Origin: Alphaproteobacteria bacterium
GTDB lineage: Bacteria; Pseudomonadota; Alphaproteobacteria; SP197
Assembly (NCBI GenBank): GCA_964291265.2
Contig: OZ219747.1
Location: 4,000,001-4,064,000, forward strand
Reading direction: 5' to 3'
DNA length: 64,000 nucleotides
This document shows positions 21,652 through 31,103 of the stretch, piece by piece. Within the stretch, counting starts at the first letter, position 1; each line of letters opens with the position of its first letter. Under the pieces are notes generated by a model. The model searched no databases. It saw only the letters and a program-made list of their open reading frames with translations, and was not told the origin of the DNA. Position numbers and translations under genes: made by a program.

Positions 21652-23307
21652 CTATCGCTGCGTGGTCTGCCAGTCGACCGCACGATGAAACGGCGTGTAA
21701 TCGGGAACAAGCGGTTCGCGTCCGACGATGAGATCGGCGGCCTTTTCTCCCAGCATCAGGCAGGTTGCGTTGAGATTGGCGGTCACCACATTGGGCATGA
21801 TCGACGCGTCAACCACGTGAAGGTTGTCGAAACCATGAACCCGGGTGTCGCGGTCGACCACTGCTTCATCGTCATATCCCATCTTGCAGGTGCAGGCCGG
21901 ATGATGCTCGGTCTCTCCGACGCGGCGCGCGAAGGCATCGACATCCTCCCGGGACGTGACGTTCTCGCCCGGGGCGAGTTCCTCTCCACGGTAGGAATCG
22001 AAGGCCTTCTGGGAGACAATCTCACGCGTCAACTCGAGTCCCTCCCGGAATTCGAGGCGGTCGTTCTCGGTCTTGAGGTGGTTGAACCGGATGCGGGGGG
22101 GATCGAAGGGATCGGCGGACTTCAGTCGGACGCAACCCCGGCTTGTCGGGCGCATCTGGCTTATGTGGATCTGGAAGGCGTGCGCCCTGGCGGGCACCGT
22201 GCCGTCATAGCTCATGGCTGCGGCAACGAAGTGGTGCTGGATGTTGGGGTACTCGATGCCGGGGCGGCTGCGGAAGTAGCCGCCGGCCTCGAAGAGGTTG
22301 GAGGCGGCAACACCCCGCTTCGCCAGCAACCACTCCACGCCGGCCAGGGCCTGGCCAAGGGGCTTCGTCGCCGGGTAGTGGGAGACCGGTTCCTGGCACC
22401 GCCACTGAATGGTCCAGTCGAGGTGGTCCTGGAGGTTGCGACCGACGCCCGGCAGGTGATGCACCACGTCGATTCCGTGCTCCCTCAGTTCATCGGCAGG
22501 TCCGATCCCCGAACGCAGGAGGATCTGCGGAGAGTTGAAGGCGCCGGCGCTGAGGATGACAGCACGTTCGGCCCGCATGGTCCTCGATCGTCCGCCCTGG
22601 ATGTATTCGACTCCGACCGCACGGCTGCCCTCGAAGACAATGCGGTCGATAGTGGCCTTCGTCAGGGCCTCGAGATTGGGGCGATGGAGTGCCGGATGAA
22701 GCCAGGCGCGTGCCGCGGAGTTCCGTACACCGCCCAGCACCGTGCGCTCCATGTAGAAGACCCCTTCCTGGCGATAGCCGTTCACATCTTCGGTGAAAGG
22801 ATATCCCGCTTGCTGGCCCGCCTCGACATAAGCCCGGTAGAGAGGACTGCTGCCACCACCTACGGTGATCTCCAGGGGACCGTCCCGGCCGCGGAACGCG
22901 TCATCGCCACGGTCGGTTTTCTCAAGTTTCCGGAAATAGGGGAGACAGTGGGCGAACGACCAGTTGTCGAGGCGGTTGGTGGCCCAGTTGTCGTAGTCGA
23001 GGGGATTGCCCCTCAAGTAGACCATGCCGTTGATCGACGACGATCCGCCCAGGACCTTGCCCCGCGGATAGAGGAGCTGGCGGTTGTCCATGCCCGGTTC
23101 AGGTTCGGAGAAGTAGCGCCAGTTGTACCGTTTGCCGTTGATGATGATCCATGCCGCTGCCGGCATGCGCAGCAACCACAGGCTGCGGTCCGACGGACCG
23201 GCCTCCAGCACCTTCACCGTCACATCCGGGTCCTCACTCAAGCGGTTTGCCAGCACGCACCCCGCCGAACCCGCGCCAATCACGATGTAGTCCGCTGTCT
23301 TCACCAT
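21652..23307 (-). CDS. betA: Choline dehydrogenase-like GMC oxidoreductase
   Basis: DYIVIGAGSAGCVLANRLSE, PRGKVLGGSSSINGMVY, GVGRNLQDH, HPACTCKMG, VVDASIMP. Substrate is not certain. Confidence 0.85.
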   Translation of the reverse strand: MVKTADYIVIGAGSAGCVLANRLSEDPDVTVKVLEAGPSDRSLWLLRMPAAAWIIINGKRYNWRYFSEPEPGMDNRQLLYPRGKVLGGSSSINGMVYLRGNPLDYDNWATNRLDNWSFAHCLPYFRKLEKTDRGDDAFRGRDGPLEITVGGGSSPLYRAYVEAGQQAGYPFTEDVNGYRQEGVFYMERTVLGGVRNSAARAWLHPALHRPNLEALTKATIDRIVFEGSRAVGVEYIQGGRSRTMRAERAVILSAGAFNSPQILLRSGIGPADELREHGIDVVHHLPGVGRNLQDHLDWTIQWRCQEPVSHYPATKPLGQALAGVEWLLAKRGVAASNLFEAGGYFRSRPGIEYPNIQHHFVAAAMSYDGTVPARAHAFQIHISQMRPTSRGCVRLKSADPFDPPRIRFNHLKTENDRLEFREGLELTREIVSQKAFDSYRGEELAPGENVTSREDVDAFARRVGETEHHPACTCKMGYDDEAVVDRDTRVHGFDNLHVVDASIMPNVVTANLNATCLMLGEKAADLIVGREPLVPDYTPFHRAVDWQTTQR

Positions 23308-23840
23308 CACGTCACGCCAATCACGCACCTTCGATGCCGATCAGAACAGAAACACACGTTCTCTCTCAAGAAGTTTTGCCACGCGCAGTCGTCCATGGTG
23401 CGAGCGGACAGTCTCGACCAAGTGATCATCGCGGGTCTCGTCGCAGCCGTCGTTCTTCCCGACAGGGGGGCAGTAAGCGCTTGCACCGGTCTCTGTTCCG
23501 ACCGTCGTCGCGCCGTATAGATCCATCTGCTCGTAATCCCTGCGCTTCCGCTCGCCTCCACAGACAGAACAATGGTGCCGCGACCAGCCGGTTGCCAAAC
23601 CGCACGACATCCGTACCGTCATGAAGGATGGCATCGAAGGCGAAGCGATCGTCGCACGGATCTGCCAGCGCCCGGAGGCCGGCGAATCCGCCGGTCTTGA
23701 CCGTGGTGCTTGCCTTGCGATCATCCCGTCGCCGGGTTCCCGACCTCACGCATATCCCGGTCACGGAAATGATGCGGCGAAAACTCTGGATCAATCGGAT
23801 ATGGCGGTTGTCCATGGGCGCAAGAGTCACTATGGTATTG

Positions 23841-23867
23841 TGTCACAGGAACTGTGGGATTGTGACA
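23841..23867 (+). promoter_or_regulatory. Probable autoregulatory operator of the vapBC module
   Basis: Inverted repeat tgtcaca...tgtgaca, with an internal cacag-gaa-ctgtg, abutting the antitoxin ATG. Confidence 0.55.
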
Positions 23868-24130
23868 TGAAGAACATTACCGTTTCCGTGGATGAAGAGA
23901 CCTATCGCCTCTCCCGGGTCCGGGCAGCGGAGGCCGGTACGTCTGTATCGGCGCTTGTACGGAACTTCCTGAAGGAACTGGCTCAACACACCGACCCCGA
24001 GAGCAGGTTCGACCGCCTGCGAAGATTGCAGGACGAGACGCTGGATTCCATCCGCGCCCGAGGCGCGGGCTTGCGTACCGCAGATAATCTGCCACGGGAA
24101 AGACTGTACGATCGCGATGCGCTTCGTTGA
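23867..24130 (+). CDS. RHH-type antitoxin (VapB-like)
   Basis: MKNITVSVDEETYRLSRVRAAEAGTSVSALVRNFL...RERLYDR; overlaps the PIN gene. Confidence 0.85.
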   Translation: MKNITVSVDEETYRLSRVRAAEAGTSVSALVRNFLKELAQHTDPESRFDRLRRLQDETLDSIRARGAGLRTADNLPRERLYDRDALR

Positions 24131-24557
24131 CACCAATATCCTTCTTTATGCGGTCGGCGCGGAGGACGGAGACAGTGAGAAGCGGCGGCTTTCGCTCGAC
24201 TTGCTCACCGCGACGGATCTTGCACTGTCGGTTCAGGTGCTCCAGGAGTTCTACTTTCAGGCGACCCGCCCTTCGCGCCCCGACGCGTTGCGGCACGACG
24301 AGGCAGTGGCCTTCGTCCATTCCTTGCAGCGGTTTCCCGTTCAGGCCATCACCCCTGGCGTGATGCACTCGGCGTTCCGGATTTGCGTGCGTTTCCGGCT
24401 GTCCTACTGGGACAGCGCTATCCTTGCGGCCGCACGCGCATGCAACTGCGACACTGTCTATTCGGAAGACATGAACCACGGGCAGGATTACGGCGGTGTT
24501 CGCGTCGAAAACCCCTTCGCTGGCACGATCCTGTTCGGTCGGCCTTCACCGGGATAG
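24117..24557 (+). CDS. PIN-domain toxin (VapC-like)
   Basis: FVDTNILLYA, SVQVLQEFY, LSYWDSAILAAA, YSEDM. Confidence 0.92.
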   Translation: MRFVDTNILLYAVGAEDGDSEKRRLSLDLLTATDLALSVQVLQEFYFQATRPSRPDALRHDEAVAFVHSLQRFPVQAITPGVMHSAFRICVRFRLSYWDSAILAAARACNCDTVYSEDMNHGQDYGGVRVENPFAGTILFGRPSPG

Positions 24558-24736
24558 AGCCGGGCGCCCGCCGGCGCGACGGCTTCAGCGCATCTTGGTT
24601 CGCTTCAAGAGGCGGCGTATCCGCGCGGCGCCGCCGCACCGGGCTTCCGTCAGCATCCCCTGAAGGGCGACCGTGCGGACCAGTGGTACGTCCGCGTCTC
24701 CAGCGTAGGCGAGTAGAGTAAGGCGTTGTTTGTTCG

Positions 24737-25090
24737 ATCGCGGTGGGGGGAGCCGGGTTGCCCCGGTCCCCCCGCTGTCGCGGCAGGAATGCGCACTGCT
24801 GCGCACCCCCCGCACAGAGCCGGACCTGGACGCCCATCCATGGGCTCCTACCTCGGGTGCCTGACGGTAAACCGCTGGTCCGGCCATGGGTGGCGGATGG
24901 AGACGCGCGGCCAAAGGAGATCGGCCATGCGCACCCAATCGCTTCCAGTCGAAACGGTGGCGCTGGGAGCGGCGGCGTATCGCCCGCCGCCACAGGCGTC
25001 GCAGCCTGCCGCGGAACGTGCTCAGCCATCGGGACGGCCCCGGGACAGCGACATCGTTGAGCCAGCCTTGACAGACCCGCTCAAGGTAAG
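24737..25090 (-). mobile_element. Group II intron 3' remnant: maturase C-terminus, domain V/VI, and a second domain VI
   Basis: Minus strand encodes YLERVCQGWLNDVAVPGPSRWLSTFRGRLRRLWRRAIRRRSQRHRFDWKRL / MADLLWPRVSIRHPWPDQRFTVRHPR*. This is followed by gagccc...ggtccggctctgtgcggggggtgcgcagcagtgcgcattcctgccgcgac and then gcggggggaccggggcaacccggctccccccaccgcgat. Confidence 0.8.
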
Positions 25091-25183
25091 CGCTCGGTCA
25101 GAGGGTGACGATGATGAGGGTGACGGTGGCAACTGCGCACATATTCCCGGGTCTCGCCCGCATTCGCACAACGGAGCAGGATC

Positions 25184-26029
25184 TCAGCTGTCCCTAGGGA
25201 GGTAGCCGAAGCGTTGCATCTGTTCGCCATGGGCCTCGCAGATCCGCCGGACCTGGCTCTCGCTCAGTTCGTCCTTCCATCCACCGGCCTTGCCACGCCG
25301 GAAGAAGCTCCTCTGGTGCTCCGACCTCTCCTTGAACCCGCCAGCCTCCTCCTGGCCCTGCATGGTCCGGAACGAGGAGTTGCGGATGGCCCGCAGCAGC
25401 CTCTGGCGCGACGGCTTCAGTCCCAGAAACCGCGCCACCCCGCCAAACGTCGCCGAGGGCTTGTCGATCAAGTCCTCATATCTCACCACATGGAGGCGTT
25501 CACTCGCCCTGCCCGTCCAGCTCGCCACGTGCTGTGACCAGCTGCCCGAGACGATCGAGACATTGTTGCGATCAGGATCATGGGGCATCTCCAGGTAGTC
25601 GGTCGCCATCAACTCGATCGTCTGGTCGAGATCGGTTCCCATGAAGTCCGCCGAGGAAGAGGCCACATCGAGAGGATTGCGCACCATGTAGATGGCGCCC
25701 GATGTCACGCCGAGATTGATGGTCGGATGCCCATGCACCGTCATCAGTGCATTGTGGGTCTTGCAGAAGATGGAACCCTGCTGCCCCCTTGCGATCAGTT
25801 CACAGACCTTGGGCCGCATGGCGGCCACGTCCTCAGGCGACCATTCGCTCACCGGGCGCTTGTCCATCATCCTGAACCACATCAGCGCCCCGTCGCTCTG
25901 CAGGAGTTCGCCCTGCATCCTGTTCAGGTCAGCCGGCCGCGCCTCGTTGTGGAAAAGATTGTAGAGGAACGCCCGCATCCATGTGTTGCCCGACTTCGGA
26001 TAGCTGGCCAGCCAGACAATGTCGCCCAT
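25184..26029 (-). CDS. Sulfotransferase (copy 1)
   Basis: MGDIVWLASYPKSGNTW (5'-PSB), KTHN, YMVRNPLDVASS (3'-PB), RYEDL, FFRRGKAGGW. Confidence 0.92.
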   Translation of the reverse strand: MGDIVWLASYPKSGNTWMRAFLYNLFHNEARPADLNRMQGELLQSDGALMWFRMMDKRPVSEWSPEDVAAMRPKVCELIARGQQGSIFCKTHNALMTVHGHPTINLGVTSGAIYMVRNPLDVASSSADFMGTDLDQTIELMATDYLEMPHDPDRNNVSIVSGSWSQHVASWTGRASERLHVVRYEDLIDKPSATFGGVARFLGLKPSRQRLLRAIRNSSFRTMQGQEEAGGFKERSEHQRSFFRRGKAGGWKDELSESQVRRICEAHGEQMQRFGYLPRDS

Positions 26030-26046
26030 GCAAGGTATCCCAAAGG

Positions 26047-26076
26047 AAAGGAGCGGCCCACAGGAGGCCGCTCCTC
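26047..26076 (-). terminator. Stem-loop between porin 1 and sulfotransferase 1
   Basis: Minus strand ggagcggcc-tcctgtg-ggccgctcc followed by tttccttt. A homologous hairpin follows porin 2. Confidence 0.55.
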
Positions 26077-26105
26077 GAAGAACATGCGATATCAGGTGAT
26101 GGTGA

Positions 26106-27197
26106 TCAGAAGCTGATCGCCATCGCAACACCCGCAAACGTGGTGTCTTCCTTGTTGTCGGTGGTGTCATTGCCGAGAACGCCGGCAAGATTGATGCCAG
26201 GGCCGAGGTTGTAGTTGCCCATCAGGCGGGCGTAACCGTTGTCAAGCATGGCGCTGTCCTGCGTCTTCTCGCCGTAGTTGATGCTGACGGTCCACGGACC
26301 CTCGCCATAGCTGATGCCGACGTCATACTGCTCGACGTCATCCACCCCCTGCATGTCCGGATCCACTGCCCTGTAGGACCCGCCTACAGACACCCCGGAC
26401 ATGGACACGACCACGCCTGCGCTCCAGTCATTGACGGTCCGGCCGGGTGCGGCAGCCACTTCTGCGGAGCCAGGGTTGCCAGGTGTCGCTTCTACTGGAT
26501 CGGCGGCCATGACCGCCGGAACGTCCTGGCTGGCATACCCGCCGGCAAACGTCACACCGACATCACCAAAGGCGCCGTCATAGCGAGCGCCAACCCCGAA
26601 TACTTCGCCTCCCTTGGTCCTGGACGCGGTGCCGCTTCGTGCTTCCGCACCCGCCTCGGGCGCATAGGACACACCGAACTGGAATCCGTTGATGACCGGC
26701 GAGAAATACATCGCGGATGCGGAATCGCCCGCATCAGCACCGGCGAACGTGGAGTGCCATCCAGCACTGCTGATGCTGCCAGACCAGTAAGGCGTGTTGA
26801 TGCCATAGAGGTACGTTGCATAGGGTGCCGCCGTACTCATCGAGTAGCTCGCAGGATCATCGTTGCCGACGCGGATCGTGCCGAACGAGCCTTCCAGGTA
26901 CATGTAGGTCTCATCACCCTGGTCTGAGCTCTCCTCGCCTTCGATCTCGAAGCGCACACCGACTTCGATACCACTGTCAAGAACCGTGGAGCCGGAGAAC
27001 CTGAGCTCGACATCGTTCGAGAAGGCGACATCATCCGTCGTGTCTTTGTCCATGTCGTTGTCGACGATAGCGATGCCCCAGTGCGAGTTGCCGCCAACGC
27101 TGAGCGAGATCGGCTCGGCCATCATCTCGTCGGCGGCCACACCAGTGGTCACCGCGGCTGCCACAAGGGCAGTGGTTCCCATAAGAGCCTTTTTCAT
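26106..27197 (-). CDS. Outer-membrane porin (copy 1, complete with signal peptide)
   Basis: Signal peptide MKKALMGTTALVAAA, ELRFSGSTVLDSGIEVGVRFEIEG, YFSPVINGFQFGVSYAP, YNLGPGINL, C-terminal Phe. AAGGAAG RBS. Confidence 0.92.
   Translation of the reverse strand: MKKALMGTTALVAAAVTTGVAADEMMAEPISLSVGGNSHWGIAIVDNDMDKDTTDDVAFSNDVELRFSGSTVLDSGIEVGVRFEIEGEESSDQGDETYMYLEGSFGTIRVGNDDPASYSMSTAAPYATYLYGINTPYWSGSISSAGWHSTFAGADAGDSASAMYFSPVINGFQFGVSYAPEAGAEARSGTASRTKGGEVFGVGARYDGAFGDVGVTFAGGYASQDVPAVMAADPVEATPGNPGSAEVAAAPGRTVNDWSAGVVVSMSGVSVGGSYRAVDPDMQGVDDVEQYDVGISYGEGPWTVSINYGEKTQDSAMLDNGYARLMGNYNLGPGINLAGVLGNDTTDNKEDTTFAGVAMAISF
27115..27148 (-). repeat. 34-bp inverted repeat, left copy (at the porin 1 signal-peptide junction)
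   Basis: Reverse complement ccactggtgtggccgccgacgagatgatggccga is identical to 34810-34843. Confidence 0.95.
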
Positions 27198-27261
27198 TGT
27201 TCACTTCCTTTCATGTAGGATCCTAGTCAAGGAACTGCCGGCACAACCAGTGCTGGCAAGG

Positions 27262-27339
27262 GTTCTAGGTAGTGCGACACCACGGGCCCGTCAAAGGTAG
27301 GTATGGCGTAACGTCCACAGGTGTTGCATCATTGCAACA
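27262..27339 (-). promoter_or_regulatory. Putative porin promoter with an upstream palindromic operator
   Basis: TTGACG at 27294-27289 with TACCTA 17 bp downstream. Palindrome TGTTGCA-tcat-TGCAACA at 27322-27339. Confidence 0.45.
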
Positions 27340-27428
27340 GTCGTTGTCCACATCCCACCACATCTGACTGAGCGACATGGCCCGTCGCGTCCCAAAGGCA
27401 TTCGGATAAGTTTTTCCTGCGTTCGGAT

Positions 27429-27470
27429 AAAAAAGTCCCCCGACTTCGGGTTTTGCCCGAAGCCGGGGGC
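27429..27470 (-). terminator. Rho-independent terminator inside the IS4 end
   Basis: Minus strand gcccccggcttcgggc-aaa-acccgaagtcgggggac-tttttt, directly after the transposase stop. Confidence 0.75.
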
Positions 27471-27493
27471 CTGTCTGGCGGCTGGCGTTGGTG

Positions 27494-29668
27494 TCAGGCG
27501 GGTACCCGTTTCTGCCACTTGCTCCTTGGCTGCTTCGACTGCCGCACGTAGCTGCGCCCGGGCCTTTCGCGCTGGATGCAGCGCGAGAGCCCGGACATGA
27601 TCCGCCTGACGGACTGGACGACCATGGCGCTCTGTGCGAGGAACATGGCCTCGATCTCCTTGCCGACGAGGCGCAGGCTGTTGCGGAAGTTGGTGCGCAT
27701 GGCCGGCAGGTCGTCGCCGTCGTCGATGTCGTTGTCGCAGCGGTTCGCGAACTGGCGGGCGAGGGTGATGAGGACGAAGGCGGCGTAGAGTTCCTGGCGG
27801 ACGCCGCGCCTGGACTTGGCGTGGAAGGCCTCGATCAGGAACTTGCCGGTCTTGTACATTTCCTCCACGCCCCAACGAGCATGATAGAGATCAGAGAGTG
27901 CGGGGACGGGATAGCGGCTGCCGTCGAGCAGGGAGGTCGCGATGTAGTACTCCGTGTCGGCGTACCGGTACCTGACGAGGCGGACGCGCAGGGTCTTCGA
28001 GCGTAGCGCGGTCTCGTCCCTGGGGGCGTCGAGGGTGATGGTCCGGTCGTCCTCGCCGGAGGCGATGAAGGCGTCGAACACGGGGTTGGCGCCTTTCTGG
28101 ATGCGGAACACGAAGTTGAGTTTGCGCTCCTGATGAGCGAGGGCCATGGCGAAGGAGTAGTAGCCCCGGTCGTAGACGATGACATCGCCTTCGGCAGCAT
28201 GATCGAGGTGCACGAGGGCGGCTGCCCGCTCGTTCTCGTGGTCGAACAGGTCGAAGTCGATCGGGATGCGGTCATTGAGCCGGTAGAGTGTGCTGACCAT
28301 GCCCTGGGGGTAGTGGGCGCCGTCGCTCACACGATAGCCGTACTGTGCGAGTTCCCTAGGCAGGGTGATCTTCGAGCCGTCGACGGCGAGAGTCCTGTGA
28401 CCCTTCCACAGCGTGCACTCGGGACAGTGGGCGAGGATCTCCGCGTGCAGGCGCTTGAACGCGGCCTCGTCGAGCTTCTCCCGCGCCTCGCAGGCCGTCG
28501 ATGCCGCCGGAGGCTCCGCCTGCGGCAGCTCGATGCCTGCGGCCTCGCAATGCTCCCAGAGTTCGCTGAGCGTGGTCCCGTAGCCTTGCCCGCGCGACGC
28601 GGCAACGAGGCGGAGCACGAACAGCATGATCAGCAGGCTGTTGAAGACCCGCCGACGTTTCTGCCAGCGCGCGTCCTCGCGTTCCGCAATCGCAACGGCG
28701 GCCGCAACAAGCGTCTCCCAGCGCTTCGAGAACCGCCGGTCGGCGATGGCGGACCGTCCCCGTTCAGCACGCGTCGCAGGCTTCTTCCTCGCCGCGCCGC
28801 TCTCCGAGCGCAGGATCTCGCGAGCACCCCGCTCAAGCGCCAGTACGTAGACCCCTTTGCGCGACTTGCCCCGGCCCGCGGTATCACCGATGCGTTGCCA
28901 GTTGGCCGCACGGTAGCACGAGGCCTTGAACCGGGTCTCGTCGACGAAGGTCTCGATGAGGACGGGACGCCAGCCGTGAAGACGCTCCCAGTCGTCGGCG
29001 AGGCGGCGCGTCGCCATGGCCAGGGCCGAGGACGCAAGGTTCTTCGAGACGACCCAGGGAAACACCAGGTACCTTGAATTGACCGTCATCAGGTGCCGCT
29101 TGCTGTCACGCCTGCGGTTCGTCCAGCCGATCCAGCGGTCCCGGCAGGGAAGTGTCTTCGTTGTCGCCTCGAACAGGATGCAGCCCAGCTTGCGCCCCTG
29201 CCTGTCGGTGACGAAGTAGCGGACATGCGCCCCGTAGGGGCGCTTGTAGCCGAGGTAATGATACCGGTCGACGAAGGCGTTCCACAGCTGCCGCCCCTCG
29301 GTGTCGGTGACGGGCTCGACGCGAAGCGGGCACAGTTCCGACAGCGGCGCCACGATCTCCGGCTGCGGGTCCGAGGCCGAGGTCCAGGCAGGGGGGCAGG
29401 TCATGTCGCGGACGTGGTCCTCGCGCAAGGGCGGCAAGGTCAGGATGCCGCAGCGCTCCAGGGTCTCCAGCATCCCGAGGCAGGCCCCGACCTTGTAGGC
29501 GCCCTTCGCCGTCTTCCAGTGCAGATGCTCGCAGATGGTCTTCGCCAGCTCGTTGCGGCTGTCATGGGGAAACATCTCCACGGTCTCCTGGGCATCCGCG
29601 ATCTGCTGGCGGGTCAGGCGGCGGCCCGAGAAGGTGGTCGACGGCAGGGCGACGATTCGCTGGTCCAT
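27494..29668 (-). CDS. IS4 transposase with N-terminal DUF4338 (DruA-like) domain
   Basis: N-half: HYLGYKRPYGAHVRY, RDRWIGW, NSRYLVFPWV..NLAS, PVLIETFVD, CYRAANW. C-half DDE: LAVDGSK, VYDRGY, YHARWGVEEMYK. Confidence 0.9.
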   Translation of the reverse strand: MDQRIVALPSTTFSGRRLTRQQIADAQETVEMFPHDSRNELAKTICEHLHWKTAKGAYKVGACLGMLETLERCGILTLPPLREDHVRDMTCPPAWTSASDPQPEIVAPLSELCPLRVEPVTDTEGRQLWNAFVDRYHYLGYKRPYGAHVRYFVTDRQGRKLGCILFEATTKTLPCRDRWIGWTNRRRDSKRHLMTVNSRYLVFPWVVSKNLASSALAMATRRLADDWERLHGWRPVLIETFVDETRFKASCYRAANWQRIGDTAGRGKSRKGVYVLALERGAREILRSESGAARKKPATRAERGRSAIADRRFSKRWETLVAAAVAIAEREDARWQKRRRVFNSLLIMLFVLRLVAASRGQGYGTTLSELWEHCEAAGIELPQAEPPAASTACEAREKLDEAAFKRLHAEILAHCPECTLWKGHRTLAVDGSKITLPRELAQYGYRVSDGAHYPQGMVSTLYRLNDRIPIDFDLFDHENERAAALVHLDHAAEGDVIVYDRGYYSFAMALAHQERKLNFVFRIQKGANPVFDAFIASGEDDRTITLDAPRDETALRSKTLRVRLVRYRYADTEYYIATSLLDGSRYPVPALSDLYHARWGVEEMYKTGKFLIEAFHAKSRRGVRQELYAAFVLITLARQFANRCDNDIDDGDDLPAMRTNFRNSLRLVGKEIEAMFLAQSAMVVQSVRRIMSGLSRCIQRERPGRSYVRQSKQPRSKWQKRVPA

Positions 29669-29972
29669 GAGTGCTTCCGCATCACCGATTCGGGGACATC
29701 TTGCAAATCGGCGAATGCTTGTCAAGCAATGCGTGTGGAAAAACGTCCGAGAAAAGTAAAGTCCTTTATGTCAATGGGTTGACGGCGTAGGACAAGCCGC
29801 CGTTACATCGGCAGACATGCCCGAATACCATTGCGTCGCGTCCCTCCCAGGAGGTGTGGTTGCATTTCCGGAAAGGTTGCGCGACCCGATATCCGTGAGT
29901 CTCCCGGCCGACGGCCGCTCCGTGAGTCCCAGATTCTCGGCAGTGGCGGAGAGTTTCATCAAGCAGCACTCG

Positions 29973-31103
29973 TCATCCCACATCCAGCATTCCGGCGATC
30001 GTGGTTCCGATGCGTTCCGCAGCCGCCTCGGTTTCCCGATCGCCCATGTGTGCATACCGCAAGGTCATGGTCGGCCGCGCATGTCCAAGCAGGCGCGACA
30101 CGACCGGCAGCGGTGTTCCCTGCATGACGGCATGGCTGGCGTAGGTGTGACGCAGATCATGAAGGCGGACATCCTCGAGGCCTGCTTCCCGACGAATTGT
30201 GTGCCAGAGCGAGAGATCGCCTCGCAGAGGGCACCTCGGATCCTTCGGCGACGGAAACAGGAAGTCACTGCTGCCGGAGATGCGGCGTTCGATGATGGCC
30301 CGTGCATCTTCATTCAGATACACGGTACGTGGCCCTGTCTTGCTGTCCGTCAGGTGAAGGCGATCACCGGACACTTCCTCCCTGCGAAGGCGGACGATCT
30401 CGTTCTTGCGGCAGCCGGTCAGAAGCAGGAGGCGGATAATGTCGATCTGTTGACGTTGCGTTGGCCTGCGAGGCGTCTCGTGGTGATGCCGGTCGAGCGT
30501 GCGATGCAGTCGTTCGAGTTCTTCACTCGAAAGGAAACGTGTGAGTTTCCGTCTGCGGTTGGGTCTGACGTTCCTTGCCGGGCTTGAGGTGATGTGGTTG
30601 CAGGAAATCGCATGGTTGAAGATCTGGCGGAGGATCTTCAGGCAGTGGTTGGCACCGCCCGGAGCAGTCCTGCTGTGGTCGTCAAACCATCGATGAACCA
30701 TGGCAGGAGTGATCCTGTCCAGACGACGAGTGCCAAATGCCGGCAGCAACTGGCGATTCAGGCACTTCTTCCGCCACTGGATCGTGGCAGGCTTGCTCCG
30801 ATGGATCCACGAGTCCTGCCATTCATGCGCCGTGAAATCCCGGAACAGGGGAACCGGTTCCTTGCGGGAGCGTCCGTCCGTCAGGAGTGCAAGGCACCGG
30901 GCGCGGGCCTCCTGAACCGTCAAGTGCATGGTGGGGCCAAGCGACACTTTCGTTCCGTTGCCGAAATGCACGTAGCTGCTGCCCCCTGAGGGATGAACCC
31001 GAACCCCGAGAACCGGCACGAAGGTGTCCCGGACCGTATACTCACGACTGCCCGGCTTGAGTCTGCTGATCAGGGACTTAGTCAGTTTCACCCGTCTGTT
31101 CAT
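29973..31103 (-). CDS. Tyrosine recombinase with arm-binding N-terminus (copy A)
   Basis: GVRVHPSG, LLLLTGCRKNEI, DSKTG, RLHDLRHTYAS, LLGH, TLRYAH: complete R-K-H-R-H-Y set. Confidence 0.93.
   Translation of the reverse strand: MNRRVKLTKSLISRLKPGSREYTVRDTFVPVLGVRVHPSGGSSYVHFGNGTKVSLGPTMHLTVQEARARCLALLTDGRSRKEPVPLFRDFTAHEWQDSWIHRSKPATIQWRKKCLNRQLLPAFGTRRLDRITPAMVHRWFDDHSRTAPGGANHCLKILRQIFNHAISCNHITSSPARNVRPNRRRKLTRFLSSEELERLHRTLDRHHHETPRRPTQRQQIDIIRLLLLTGCRKNEIVRLRREEVSGDRLHLTDSKTGPRTVYLNEDARAIIERRISGSSDFLFPSPKDPRCPLRGDLSLWHTIRREAGLEDVRLHDLRHTYASHAVMQGTPLPVVSRLLGHARPTMTLRYAHMGDRETEAAAERIGTTIAGMLDVG

Larger units (their letters stand above)
27393..29833 (-). mobile_element. IS4-family insertion sequence (2441 bp)
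   Basis: Imperfect terminal IRs CAAAGGCATTCGG / CAATGGTATTCGG and a 10-bp TSD cgtcgcgtcc at 27383-27392 and 29834-29843. Confidence 0.9.

Noticed and set aside
9054-23520. Long ORFs such as 9054-10526(-), 12695-14068(-), 18237-19898(+) and 21634-23520(+)
   Set aside because: They are antisense shadows of well-supported genes, expected in high-GC DNA, and show no motifs.
27494-29668. Druantia anti-phage system
   Set aside because: The DUF4338 domain is fused to a transposase inside IS ends, and no DruE helicase or other dru genes are present.
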